From Ostrea edulis (Eukaryota), in the NCBI RefSeq assembly GCF_947568905.1, contig NC_079168.1, positions 18,290,001 to 18,354,000 of the forward strand: a stretch of 64,000 nucleotides of DNA. The letters run 5' to 3'. Shown here in pieces: positions 14,601 to 28,355 of this stretch. Within the stretch, counting starts at the first letter, position 1, and each line of letters starts with the position of its first letter. The notes beneath the pieces are model-generated. The model saw nothing but the letters and a program-made list of their open reading frames with translations, had not been told where the DNA came from and did no database searches. Position numbers and translations under genes: made by a program.

Positions 14601-15315
14601 CTACCCCAAGGAGCCATGATTTGGACAAACTTGAATCTGCACTATGTCAGGAAGCTTTCATGTAAATCTCAGCTCTTCTGGCTCATTGGTTCTTGAGAAG
14701 ATGATTTTTAAATATATTCTCTATTTATGCTCAAGTAAAACTTTGATCCACTATTGTGGCCCCAATCTACCCCAACGAGCCATGATTTGGACAAACTTGA
14801 ATCTGCACTATGTCAGGAAGCTTTCATGTAAATCTCAGCTCTTCTGGCTCATTGGTTCTTGAGAAGATGATTTTTAAATATATTCTCTATTTATGCTCAA
14901 GTAAAACTTTGATCCACTATTGTGGCCCCAATCTACCCCAACGAGTCATGATTGGTTCTTGAGAAGAAGATTTTTAAAGATTTTCCCTATATATTTCTAT
15001 GTAAAACTTTGATCCCCTATTGTGGCCCCAACCTCCCCCTGGAGGCCATGATCTGAACAAACTTGAATCTGTACTATGTCAGGAAGCTTTCATGAAAATT
15101 TCAGCTCCTCTGGCTCAGTGGTTCTTGAGAAGAAGATTTTTAAATGACCCCACCCTATTTTTGCACTTTTGTGATTATCTCCGGGGGCATGGCCCTTTAT
15201 TTGAACAAACTTGAAAGCCCTTTACCCAAGGATGCTTTTGACTAAGTTTGGTTACAATTGGCAGAGTGGTTCTTGAGAAGAAGGTGAAAAGTTTACGACG
15301 ACGCCGACAACGACA

Positions 15316-15359
<44 letters not shown>

Positions 15360-18300
15360 CCTCAGGTGAGCTAATAAAAACAGAAACAAAGTGAATAACA
15401 TGGAATAAAAGTATCACCACTGAACCTGTAGCTAGCTGAGTATTGGCACACCACTGACTAGTCTCATTCCAATGTGTATCCTTCTCACTCTTATAGAGAT
15501 CAGATTCTTCTACACAGACAGGCTTTTCTAACTGATACACAAGAAGTAGGTAAATTTACCTTGTCCGAGTCCTCCATCCACTTGACACTAAAAACATCTC
15601 CAAGATATGTCTTCCTCTTCTTATCAAAGTAGCAGGCGTAGGAGGAAGTGGTGGCATTAGATGCCGTCACTGCCAAAACTGGAAATAACAACGAACAATG
15701 AGAGCTCTCAGACAGAGAAACTGACAGAAAGTCAAAAGGTGGAAATTTATAACTTTAGGTAATTTACGTTTTTCAAGGCAAGAAAACAAACTTTTAAGAA
15801 TTGGAGACACTCAACGTGCAATTGCTATACACTCACTGTTTCTGTTTTTAGCCAGCAGATACTGGAACATTGATCCAGATTCACACGCCTCCATGTAAAA
15901 CAGCAACTGAGAATATATGCAGAATATATGAACATGATTAGAATGAATCCACTATATTGTCACCAAATTTAGAATACAGAACATCATTTTGAATACATCT
16001 AAGATCTTTGAAGCACTATTTTATTTAACAGTTATCAATATCAATCAATTTAAATTTGTATGCAAAAGCAAATTTTCCCAGTAAACAAATATAGTTCTGT
16101 CACCAGCAATAATTTGAATGCCCTTTTCTTGTAGATATTTGTCAATGCAAACCAGACATTCATAGTATGTAAAGTACATGTACTTTTAATAGACAATACA
16201 TACATGTACACTGTATGTATCATAAATTATCAATTCTATCTTTGATTTTTTTCAAAATAATGAGGGCATGAACTGTGGCACTTCATGCTGGAACGTTGTG
16301 AAACACAGCAGCCTGAAAAGTACGCTGGCAAGAAGCATGGCAGTTCATACCCTCATGTAGTTTCAAAACTGAAGTTTTATACTTCTTATATTTACATTTT
16401 ACTTTCATTTCTGTCAGAATTCACAGCCATTAAAAGCAGATATTACTATATTTATCTGTATTCATACGTACATTAATGTTTACAACTGCATTGCATTCAT
16501 ATGAAAATGGCTATCATTGTAGTGACATCAATTACAAGCAAAAACAATGGAAATGTAAATACTGATCAATGAAGAGTAAAATGTACTCAATGTAAAGGCT
16601 TGTGTACAATATTACTGTGAACCACCATTTTATTTCTGACATCTTTTTTGTGGAATCATTTCAATACAATGGGACTAATTTTCATGGATTGTTAAGACTA
16701 CAGTTTTGTTAGGGTGTGACAGTGGATATATCAATATACGGTTTCTGGACATTGAAACATATTAACATACAAATTGTACATTTCATTGTGGTTTGAAATT
16801 CATGGATAGGGGTAACCCACTAAATGAATTTGTGATTATACAAATAGGAAACTAAATATATTCATGACACCTACAAGTAATAAAATTGTGGTGCGTCATA
16901 CTTTTAAAACAAAATATATGAATAACAACATACCTCGGCAAACTTTTTGTCTTTATGCATGTTATCAAGGGTTTCTATCAAGTCCATGGCATGCAGCTAG
17001 AAGATGAAATCGGGGCATCAAGCAATGTCATATTGAAATATGTCACATGTATATTTTGAAATTTAGGGAAATCCACATACTTCCTGATATACACCATTAA
17101 AATAAAAGAGAGCAAATTAATTCCCTTTATTTCAATTCTCTTGCAAGAACATTGGTAGATCCAGAACAAGGGGTGATAAATGGGTGAGCACTGGAGTTAT
17201 TACATGTACAACAACACCCCCACCCCCTCCTTCTCCCTGGTCTGGTATGAAGAGAGAAAGAGTCGAGATCAGGGATAGTAATATTTCAATATTTTGTCTT
17301 AAATGTTTGTTGATCATTGGCAACATGAGAATTGAATCACCCAACACTAATATTATGTACATGTGCTCAAGTGACTTTAACATGTGTGTATGGTGTGGGG
17401 AAAATTGACAAATGACAGTAAATATCAGAGACAGATTATGTGAAACTGACAAATGACAGTAAATATCAGAGACAGATTATGTGAAACTGACAAATGACTG
17501 TAAATATCAGAGAAAGATTATGTGAAACTGACAAATGACTGTAAATATCAGAGACAGATTATGTAAAACTGACAAATGACTGTAAATATCAGAGACAGAT
17601 TATGTGAAACTGACAAATGACAGTAAATATCAGAGAAAGATTATGTGAAACTGACAAATGACAGTAAATATCAGAGAAAGATTATGTGAAACTGACAAAT
17701 GACAGAAAATATCAGAGAAAGATTATGTGAAACTAACAGTAAATATCAGAGACAGATTATGTGAAACTGACAAATGACAGTAAATATCAAAGACAGATTA
17801 TGTGAAACTCACAGTTAATATCAGAGACAGATTATGTGAAACTGACAAATGAGAGTAAATATCAGAGACAGATTATGTGAAACTGACAAATGGCAGTAAA
17901 TATCAGAGACAGATTATGTGAAACTCACAGTAAATATCAGAGACAGATTATGTGAAACTGACAAATGACAGTAAATATCAGAGACAGATTATGTGAAACT
18001 GACAAATGACAGTAAATATCAGAGACAGATTATGTGAAACTGACAAATGACAGTAAATATCAGAGACAGATTATGTAAACTGACAAATGACAGTAATATC
18101 AGAGACAGATTATGTGAAACTAACAGTAAATATCAGAGACAGATTATGTGAAACTAACAGTAAATATCATAGAAAGATTATGTGAAACTGACAAATGACA
18201 TTAAATATCAGAGACAGATTATGTAAACTGACAAATGACAGTAAATATCAGAGACAGATTATGTGAAACTAACAGTAACAAGAGGTACTGTGATCAATGC

Positions 18301-21300
18301 TCACTAAGAATACCCCCCGCTTACCCCAATCTCCCAAAGGGTGTTGGTAATAGGTATAAACTACCTCTTTTCTGAGTGTAAAAAACAAATGGCATGACAA
18401 ACTGAACCATATTGCTACTTCGATGTCCAGTGCGCATGACCTTTGACATTTTGACCCCAAAATCGATAGGGAACATCTTCATCCCATGGGTAGTCCATAT
18501 GTATGATATGGTGACTGTAGGTGGAAAGGATAACGCTTTAGAGCCCGGAAACCATATTGCTACTTCGATGTCCAGTGCGCGTGACCTTTGACCTTTTGAC
18601 CCCAAAATCGATAAGGAACATCTTCATCCCATGGGTAGTCCATATGTATGATATGATGACTGTAGGTGGAAAGGATAACGCTTTAGAGCCCGGAAACCAT
18701 ATTGCTACTTCGATGTCCAGTGTGCTTGACCTTTGACCTTTTGACTCCAAAATCGATAGGGAACATCTTCATCCCATGGGTAGTCCATATATATGATATG
18801 GTGACGGTAGGTGGAAAGGATAATGCTTTAGAGCCCGGAAACCATTGCGTCTACAGACGGACGGACGGACAACCCGATTCCAGTATACCCCCCCACAACT
18901 TGTTGCGGGGGGTATAAATATTAGAGACAGATTATGTGAAACTGACAAATGACAGTAAATATCAGAGACAGATTATGTGAAACTGACAAATGACTGTAAA
19001 TATCAGAGACAGATTATGTAAACTGACAAATGACAGTAAATATCAGAGAAAGATTATGTGAAACTGACATATTGGACAGGAGGTCCATTAATAAATTAAA
19101 GAAGATTAAGTCTTTCTTTAACACTTTCAAATTTGGGGTTTTACGGGGGCTTTATCAAACATAGTCCTCTATACTTATTAAAGCTGAGGCATTGATTACC
19201 TCTGGTCTGATGTGTTTGATATTACTGATATGTCTTGAAGCAAAAAGGGGAAATAATAAATTTTCATAGTTTGATTGTGTACTTCAATACATTTTGCCAC
19301 ATATCTTTCTCCCATATGTAATTTTGGACACTGAAAATCACAAAATTAACCCCTACACAAAAACTATTTTACAATTCTTCTCAGTAACAGTGAAGTCAGA
19401 AACACATGACAGGATCTCCTACCATCACATGAATTAGCAACACTCTAATAACCTTCTCCGATTAGGACTGTCCATATCATAAATGAAAAAATGTTTCACA
19501 AATTTCAGCTGAACTCAGTCTGAGATAGTATATCTTACTGACCCCCACTCCCTCCCCGTGTATGATGCTAACTCTTTTTTAAAGCCTCCTCTGACTCCCG
19601 CCAGAAAATCTCTAAACCCTTTCCTCAGTGTGTATCATACATTTATGTTTTACAAACAAGAGTCCAGAGAAATATACATGGATACTTACAAACACTCTTC
19701 CAAATGCTACAATACCAGGACCACCATGGTCAACAAAATTTACAAAGACGTTGTCATTAGGGCCACTGCAATAATGAAAACAATCATCAAATTATCAGGT
19801 GCAAGTGCATTCCATTTAAAACATGAAAATATTCTAAACTTTAAAAAAAAATCCATTACATGTACTTCTATTAATGGTATGACATACTGTAGATCACTTT
19901 GATTTTGTCGTACCTATTTTCGAGTAGTACGTACAATGATGTATTTATTCGAATCATTATTTATTGCTTATGAGTAAGAGTCTAGCTTTCTCGAGAACTA
20001 AATGTTTGCAAATGGCTAGTCTCGCGAAATTGTGCATATAAGTGTTTTTGCAAATAAAATGTGATTTACAACATAGTCTTGGATAGAAGTACAATTGTCA
20101 AGATTAAAGTAGCACTCACCTGTCAATAACTTTTCCTGACCCAATACCCAAGAGTTCTTCTTTTTTACCTTGTAGAACTTTCAAGAAAATGTCTGGGAGA
20201 ACTTCCTGTGAAAGAAATCAACTATCATGGTTGAATTTTGTGTTCGTGACTGATACGAACAAATTATATAACCTCTTTACTATGAAAAATTTAAATCTCT
20301 CTCAGTAATTCTACCAAGAAATGATATTTTAATATCAAATTTGATTGAAGGTCACTTTATTTTCACTCTAAGATTCATTTTTCTTCATTTTTTTTTTAAT
20401 GCATTCCAGCATGGTTTAGAATGAAAAAACTTTTACGTCCTAGTTGACAGCCAAATGCCCCTTTGCGAAAATGTGCACGTGTTGATCATTGCTATTGGTT
20501 AGAAGTATCTTAAAAGATTAAAACATTATTTCTTATTTACAGTGTACTTGTACACTAAAATGTTAGTTTGAATCCACCCCATCCCACCCCCGGTGATCAT
20601 ATAATCTCGGCTTAGTCTACATTAGATATATGGAGGTTTAACTTGTGATAAGGCATATTTTCTAATCTTAGGGGGTAATGACTTTACTCTGTATTACACA
20701 TAAACCTGGAATACATCAGTTGTCATGGCTAGAAAAAAAAATAACTAAACAGACATGAAGGAAGTGTCCAACCCATCTTGAAAGTAACCAACTCAAGAAG
20801 GAAGTACTCATTAGAAGGAAGTAACAGAGAAGGAAGTAATCAGATTGTTAATATTCTACCTTTAATCCTGTGTAATCCTTTGGTACGCCATGGTAAACAT
20901 CATCACCATCGGGTCTGTTGATAATTTTACCCGGGGTAGGATTCCTGCATTGGACAAAGAGAAGTATATAGAACTAATGAGCATCACAATAACAAAGGCA
21001 CTGCATTCCCTGACAACTGGGTGTGTCTATCAACACAACAATAAACATTATGTATTTTATATTAATGTTATGTTAACGTAGTTCCACCCTTCTGTGACGT
21101 CATAACGATTTTCCAAAGTCAATGATTTAATAAGATTCACATGTATCCATGACAGGAACATGAATTTTGTTGGGAGTCTTTTTCAATAGTTATTGTAAAA
21201 AATATTGTTAACCATAAAATATTTCAAAAGTCTAAGTTGTATATGAATAATCAATTCTATGTTTCAAAATATTAAATCCAAGGGCAATAACTGTTTTCAT

Positions 21301-23630
21301 GAAATTATTTATCAAGTCCATTATGTCATAGATTTCCTTGATTTTTCACAAACATTTTGTATATTTCTTAAAGAAACAGTTTCATGAAATTGTTATGAAT
21401 ACTATTACATCGTTTCAACCAGATATTGAGAAATTTTGATAATGCTGCAATTTTCTGACGTTGATATAGGTACATGTATATATGTGCAGATTGATTTAAA
21501 AAATTATTAATACCGCAACATACTTATCTTATCATTTTCATTTGTTACTAAGATATACTATTTGAAGAATCAACAATCAAATATAACATTGAATCTATAA
21601 TTCTAGATGGGTGGAGTTACCTTAAGTGGCAATTAGAAATGAAATATACAGCATTAATATCTGCCCATTGCATTGTGACGTGAAATATTTTGGCTGTAAT
21701 GAAAATCATGAATCCTTTATATTTCATTTTTTGCCTCTTAATCATCTGTCAACTTTACTATGAGGAAAATAATGAGAAATACCAGTACTTTAATAGTGTG
21801 AATGTCAGGTGTTTACAGATCTTGGTGTATTTCACACAGTGACTTACCCTGTATGTAATGGAGCTGAAACGTTTCCTATAAAATTTAATATGATTTATCA
21901 TATTAGCTGTTAATATTTACTAACATTTTATTATCTGCAATGTCGTCCACCATCATGACAACAATTTGTTCATCTGGTATTCCATGATTTTTCAGGATTT
22001 GGTAGGCATGACACACATCAGCCTAAAATAGAAAATATTTAAAAATGTATTAATGTCGAATTAAATTTTAAAGTACATTTTAATTTCATTGTAATTGAAA
22101 AATTGATTTTGACCAATTACATCTGTCAGGAACCCTGGCAACCTAGTCCATAATACTCAACAATGGTCAACATCAAGATTCTTACCATGAGACCAATAGA
22201 GCTGGTCCGAGCTACCATAGAGAGAGGGGGAGGGGGTTTACAGATCAAGGGTTGTGCACTCTATTTGGTGGGGGTGGGGGGATGAATAGGACTATAGATT
22301 TGCCTACCCAACCAGATCAACTATAATTGTGGTTTTATTTCATAAGTAAGTGTATTTAGTGCAAGAATTCTAATGCTCAAAGTTTGAGGAAAATAATATT
22401 AAGAATCTGAATTCTGATATGAATAAAGATGGCATAATTTTTACCACCAGTTTCAGTATTTTGATGTAAAGGCTTATTTTTCATAAAGATATAATTTATC
22501 ATTTAGAAAACAACATACAACTTTATACTTGTGCCATAAATTTGGCAAAAAGTTTGCCACTGCCGCCAAAAAAAGTTGAAGCACAAAAGTTCCACTACTC
22601 CTGTAAAATGTGTAGAATCAAAATTGCAATGGAATATTATCAACTAAATATGGTGACTAACAATCCTACAAAATATGAAAGAAATCCGTTGAGCGGTTCG
22701 GAGGAGTTGCTTCCACAGAGTGTTCCTAATTGTAGCATGTACAAATTCAACAAAGTCCCATAACTCCTTTAAATTTTATCAAATTAAAATAGCAGCACAA
22801 TGCGATCAACTATATATGGTGACTAACAATCCTAAAAACTTTGAACAAACTCTGGTGAGCAGTATTTGAGGAGTTGCGGTCCACAAAGTGTTCCTATAGT
22901 GTAGCATGTAGAAATTCAACAAAGTCCCACAACTCCTGTCAAATTTGTTGAATCAAAATGATGGCACAATATGATCAACTACATATGGTGACTAACAATC
23001 CTAAAAAAAAATTGAAGAAAATCTGTTGTGCAGTTTCTGAGGAGTTGCGTCCACAAAGTCAAGTGGGACAGACGGACGAACGAAAGGACACCGGTATTTC
23101 TATGTACCCTTCCGCGTTGCGGTGGGGAACAAAAATTTAGTACCAAAAGAAAGGTCTTGTCACAAGAAATGTAGATATTAAATATGAGTGCCCTATCAGA
23201 TGATATGGGCAAGGTTAGAGTTTCAGACAGACAGAGGTCAAAAACAGTCCACGGTAATACCACCCCACCCCCCCCCCCCCCCCCCCCCCCCACCTCCACA
23301 GCAGGGGACAACAATTAGAACAAACTTGAGTCTGTACTACCACAAGATGCTTGCATATAATTCATCATGATCCTGTTACTCTTGAGGAGAAGATTTTTAA
23401 AAGATTTTTCCTATCCCCATGCAAAAATATTATTCCCTATATTGTGGCCCCACCCTACCCCCAGGGGCCATGATTTGAACAAACTTGAATCTACACTATG
23501 TCAGGAAGCTTTCATATAAATTTCAATTTTTCTGGCCCAGTGGTTCTTGGGAAGATCTTTAAATGACCAATGACCCTATTTTTGCCTTTCTTTGATTATC
23601 TCCCCTTTGAAGGAAGTATGACCCTTCATG

Positions 23631-23663
<33 letters not shown>

Positions 23664-26600
23664 ATTTAAGTATGTTTGATTGAAATTGGCCTAATGGTTC
23701 TGGAGAAGGAGATGAAAATGTGAAAAGTTAACAACAGACATGGACAAATTCAATCAGAAATTCAATAGCTCACTTTGGTGATATATAAATTTCAAGTCAA
23801 CTGAATGAATAATTACATTGCTCTGCAGCTATATCAATTATTGTAGAATAACCCCGTAGAGGTCAAGTGATTTTAAAAGGAAATCTCAATCACAAGGGAA
23901 GTATACTCTTCAACAATTCTGACATGAGGGTTGTCATATTTCTGTTCTATTACATAATTTCTGTAACAATCTGTGTACAGCTCTTCAGTATAAAAACAAA
24001 CGCCATTTAAAAGATGTCATGGTGGTTATTGGAAATCTACACCAGCAGCTTCCTCTGATGTCTACGATTAATAGAATTTATCAAAGCCACCCATTACATT
24101 ACTCCCTCCTCAAAGTTCAGTGACAGTCTGAATCCCTGCCCAAGGAGCCAAGAAATTTACAATAATGGAAGAAGGCCAACTGATCATCTTTAGTACAGTC
24201 AGTTCTAATTTGGCATCAACAGCAGAAAAGATCAGATTTAATCATTACAGATATTCCATTTTGGCCTCGCCCTAGAGACTGAACTACCTGCTTTACAGGT
24301 CATGAATCTGCAATTATGATAGAGGGCTTCCTGCTTTGCATTACTAAGCATTCAGTTTTCCGTTCAATTGTACAGAACTAGAGAAGAAGATTTTTGAAAT
24401 TAGTCAAATGTTGGCAATTTTTGCTCTGCCCCTTTGGCCTCTGAAGTCATTAGATTTACAATTTAGGCCCCCCTTACCCTAAAGAGACTTTATGACAAAT
24501 TTGAAAAGAAACAGTTTAGTGGTTATAATGAAGAAGTTAAAACTGTGTAATTGTTGATGCATGACAGACAACAACAGACAGATGCTGATTGATTGATTGC
24601 AATAAGTCACCTAAGTAATTCAGGTTACTGTCAGCCAGATCCAATATAGCGAATGTTACCACCAGCCTATGAGTTGGTCTATTTAGTAACCAGCCCTACT
24701 ATCACTTTACCATCAAACAATATTGCATGTAGGTTGTCTTAACATCTACAAAATTTCATATTTCAAATTGATGATTTTAAAAATGCAGACCAATTTATGA
24801 CAATGTAGACTGCATTTTAAATTATATTTTTTAATTTGAATTTTTTAATTCCATTAGATAAAATTTGGTCCTTAAAAAATAGTATATTTTCCTCATTAAT
24901 TATTGCTACAAATATAGAAATCATTTGTATAGTGTACCTCCCACTTAAAACGAACTTGAAACCTTTCCCTAATTTATTCACAAGAATCATAACAGCATGC
25001 TCTTGAATTAATTCTATTTGATTAAAGATACTTAAAGTCATATCACATGATGTGCTGTATGTCTTCATTAACATAGGTCAACACTGGGTGTAGGCCATAT
25101 CATAATATAATGATAAGATTTATCAGCTTTGTAACTGGTACATGATAGAGTTTCAAGTTGTAAATGATATTCTATGTTTTAGCTATCAACATGCACGTGA
25201 TAATGATACAAGCTAAATATCTATTTATACATTTACCAAAATCGATCTTACTAATTGCACTAATATAAACGTTCATTTGTGGAATTAAGAAATCTAAACA
25301 AAATATTCTTTGGAATTTTTTTGAAATAAACATTTACTTTCTAGGCAACATTTTTCAAAATCTAGATGTGATATCCTAAATCTTATTAATTGTAGAGGCA
25401 GATCCACATATTTTCTAAAGAGGGTATATGCATTTATATGAACTTTTTCTGTTCCAAAAGGAAGATTGGAGCCCCCCCCCCCCCCCCCCCCCCTGCTCCC
25501 CCATATTATAGCAAAAATTAACCTATTTTTGAAAAGTAGGAGGTGGGGATGTTCAGCCCAGAAAAGTTAATTACCAATGATCATACATAAAGGGCAAATG
25601 AAATATCTAGGTATAAACTTTGTTCGAAAGTTTTTAAAATATGTATGCAAACATATATACATGTGCATCTCCAGTTTACCATGATGACTGAGGAAAAAAT
25701 TTAGTTTTGAAAATATTTTTAGCATAGTAGTATATGATAACAAGTAGAAAATATGTAGTTTTTAACATGTATTCAAATCTGATCACAGAATAGGGTTTTC
25801 AGAATTTTGGTCTCATTCTTTCTCTTTTTCTTAGAATATAACAGTACTGGTGACACGTAACAAACATATGTATTAAGTCACCATGTCAGTTTTTCCTATA
25901 TAGAATCTTGAACATCTATATATATCTTGAATACCTGTGGATCAATGTCAAAGTGAGTTGGACGTCACAACTACATTTTCTTTATCTATGTATTTTACCC
26001 TCAATATCTCGAATCCTCAGATATATTGAAGTTTTTCTCAGCCTGGTTGCCATCAAGTTCAAGAAGATGCATCTTCTAGCCAAGGATGGGGAGCGGAGTG
26101 GACCGAAAACCCTTGGCTAGCGAGGATGAAGAAGATGACGTTTGACTGCGCTTCATACAAAATTTTATCATTAAGTTTATTGAAAAAATCCAAAGGAATT
26201 TGAATTTTAACTTTATAATAGAAATATGTTGATTTGCACAACAATATTCAATAAATCTATTTTATTTATGAAAGGCTATTTATACTTAGAACTATAGAAA
26301 ATCAGTGCAGTGAATTTCCATTTCGTTAAGGGTGCCAACAATTAACCATTTAACTGATTTATACTTGGTAAAAAAAAAATGCAAAACAAAAATGAAAACT
26401 GGAAAGAAAATTTGAAATATTAATTGGGTAACTTTAGTAAACAAATATTGTCATATACTGTACATATATGTATGTAAAGGGGGGGGGGGTTAGGAGGGGT
26501 ACATGATATTAAAAGGTCTAGATGATGTTTTCAAAATTAACTCAATGGCTGATCCAACTTGATGATTTTCAAAGTAAACACCTAAGTAATTATACAATGA

Positions 26601-27774
26601 ATATTGTCCAGATTGTATTTAAAATATGTATCTCCTTGAAATTAGTTCCCAATCAGATTCAAATTATGCATGCGTGAAATAATCTATATTTTACTGGGCA
26701 GTGATACACTAATACTTGTGTTGATAACAATTTACAGCCAGAGTCCACAGTCAGCAAGCATAGTTTTTACATTCATAATCAAAATGCCACCACAACATCT
26801 CATGCATGAAAATGGAGTCCAAGAAAGAGACAAAGTGTTTGTTACACTGTAGTGTGAACTATGGAAAGGACTTTTATGTCCTGTAGACTGTAGTGTGAAC
26901 CATGGAAAGGACTTTTATGTCCTGTAGTTTAATAAGAGCTTTAGTGCCATCTTAACCAACTTCCTCCACAACAGAAATTATTGTAAACAAACTATGAAGC
27001 TGACTATAATCTCTGAATGGATATCCAATTTTAACATATTCTAAAGCTTTTTCTACTAGTGAGTACCATGACAGTTTGTTGTTGAAATGTAAAGATTTAC
27101 TACATAGATAAGCATCCTTGAGTAGTTTAAATTCATTTAGGTTTTCAAGCCTGTACCAATAACAAATGATTGATTTCAAAATAGAAGACAGTAGGTTCAT
27201 TTCTTAATTACCTGTACAAAATATAACACTGAAAGACACTAACTTAGTTCATATAGCATGAATAATAAAACTCCCAATCATTTTTCTTCTATAGATATAT
27301 TAAGAATATAACAATTTTGGTTGATTTATATAATTCGACATCTGGAAGATTTGAAAATAAAAATCATCACACTCTGTTGGGAAATTCATGAAAATTAAAT
27401 ATAGCATGTTCCACTTAAAATTCATTTTTTCTCTCTCTCCTTACATATTCTGTAATATTATAATGATCCTATTTTTCTTCTTCCATGCACGTAACACAAT
27501 TTTTTCTCAGATCATTGCATCAAAATTGAACCACAAATGACTTCAGAATAGACATGTCTTTTTGCAAGACTTGATAATTTATAGGGAAATTTTTTGTAAT
27601 TATGCCTAGTACAGTTACCTGGTGTCTATAATTTCCCCAGCCATTGGAGCCAGCCACCAGCAGGGCCCAGTTCTTCCCCCCATTCTTTAGGGGTGGGAAT
27701 ACAAAGTCACTGGGGATGGATGTCGACCACTCAACAAAACACAGGAGCACTCCGAGCAGGACTAACACCTTCAT
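11685..27774 (-). CDS. LGMN: Legumain (asparaginyl endopeptidase, peptidase C13), complete, 13 coding exons, 442 aa
   Basis: Exons 27619-27774, 21925-22022, 20860-20944, 20120-20205, 19690-19765, 16934-16996, 15837-15906, 15560-15678, 14009-14098, 13542-13622, 13319-13435, 12926-13099 and 11685-11798 are all GT-AG and in phase, summing to 1329 nt. Motifs: [24 protein letters not shown], catalytic DHG and EACESGS, SSYACY, YLGD, and a C-terminal Cys-containing prodomain. Confidence 0.95.
14326..15374 (-). mobile_element. Helentron-associated (HINE/pearl/CvA-type) element carrying ~166-bp satellite units
   Basis: Termini aacaag...gggccacatcgctcacctgag and ctcaggtgagcta, a gac/gaca microsatellite, and near-identical 166-bp units (ORF-track repeats at 14478 and 14644 are offset by 166). 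Same family as 30237-32370 in the opposite orientation. Confidence 0.85.
16260..16356. other. Intronic ~97-nt stem-loop (16-bp terminal stem with one mismatch plus an inner stem)
   Basis: atgagggcatgaactg (16260-16275) pairs with cagttcataccctcat (16341-16356); the inner cttc(a)tgctgg pairs with ctggca(a)gaag. Confidence 0.6.
17406..19068. repeat. 41-bp minisatellite array (with 33-bp variants) interrupted by a HINE insertion
   Basis: The unit gtgaaactgacaaatgacagtaaatatcagagacagattat repeats over 17406-18276 and resumes at 18918-19068. Confidence 0.95.
18277..18917 (-). mobile_element. Helentron-associated element with ~146-bp internal tandem units
   Basis: Terminus aacaagagg, about 3 internal units (ccatattgctacttcgatgtccagtg...), a (gacg)n microsatellite and the hairpin end tataccccccc...gcggggggtataa. 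Inserted in-unit into the 41-bp array without an obvious TSD. Confidence 0.8.
22540..23132. mobile_element. Degenerate HINE-type element with ~160-bp units
   Basis: Repeated caaaatggc...caactatatatggtgactaacaatcctac...gaggagttgc units, followed by gacagacggacg and the hairpin terminus cccttccgcgttgcggtgggga. Confidence 0.6.
23310..23780 (-). mobile_element. Degenerate HINE (166-bp satellite family)
   Basis: Contains the same 166-bp unit (attgtggccccaccctacccc...ttgaacaaacttgaatct...) and downstream segment as 14326-15374. Confidence 0.7.
26952..27200 (-). mobile_element. Degraded LINE RT C-terminal fragment
   Basis: [24 protein letters not shown]...[10 protein letters not shown] resembles the post-RT region of invertebrate LINEs. 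Short and AT-rich. Confidence 0.35.
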
Positions 27775-28355
27775 TGTTCTGAAGTCTAGTTGTGTTGTTG
27801 GGTTTTTTTTTTTTTTTTTTTTTTTTTAGTAATCACGTGGTCTTCTGTCACATGTGTTGTTCTTCTGATGTTAAGTATGCAAACGCGTGATTTTGTCACA
27901 TGAACCGAAGTATGATAGTCTTTGAATTGATTAACATTTTCAAGATCGGTTAAGAAACATGACAGATATATAACTATCTCTATATATACATCATAAGATA
28001 TATATTATGGATGTTTTTATTTGTTTACGTTTCTACTTTCGGTTTGTCGTCAAGTACGAAAGTGTGGTTTGTTGGGTGGTGGAGACAATATGATGATTAT
28101 TAAAGCACTATCAAATACCATTTGAAAAAGTCATTTTTGCACTATTCCAGAGGCGGAACAAATACCATTTAAGATTGCAACTCCAATTTATTTTTTTTTA
28201 ATTTTTTTTTTTTTTATCCACCCCCGGTGGACATTAAGCGTTCGGATAGGGATTTAGACTATATTGTTGTTATCCTGGTCCCTCCGTCCGTCCGTTTGTC
28301 ACAATATTTTCCACTCAATACATTTCAAATTTCAAACATGCGGTGGTTTATGGTG

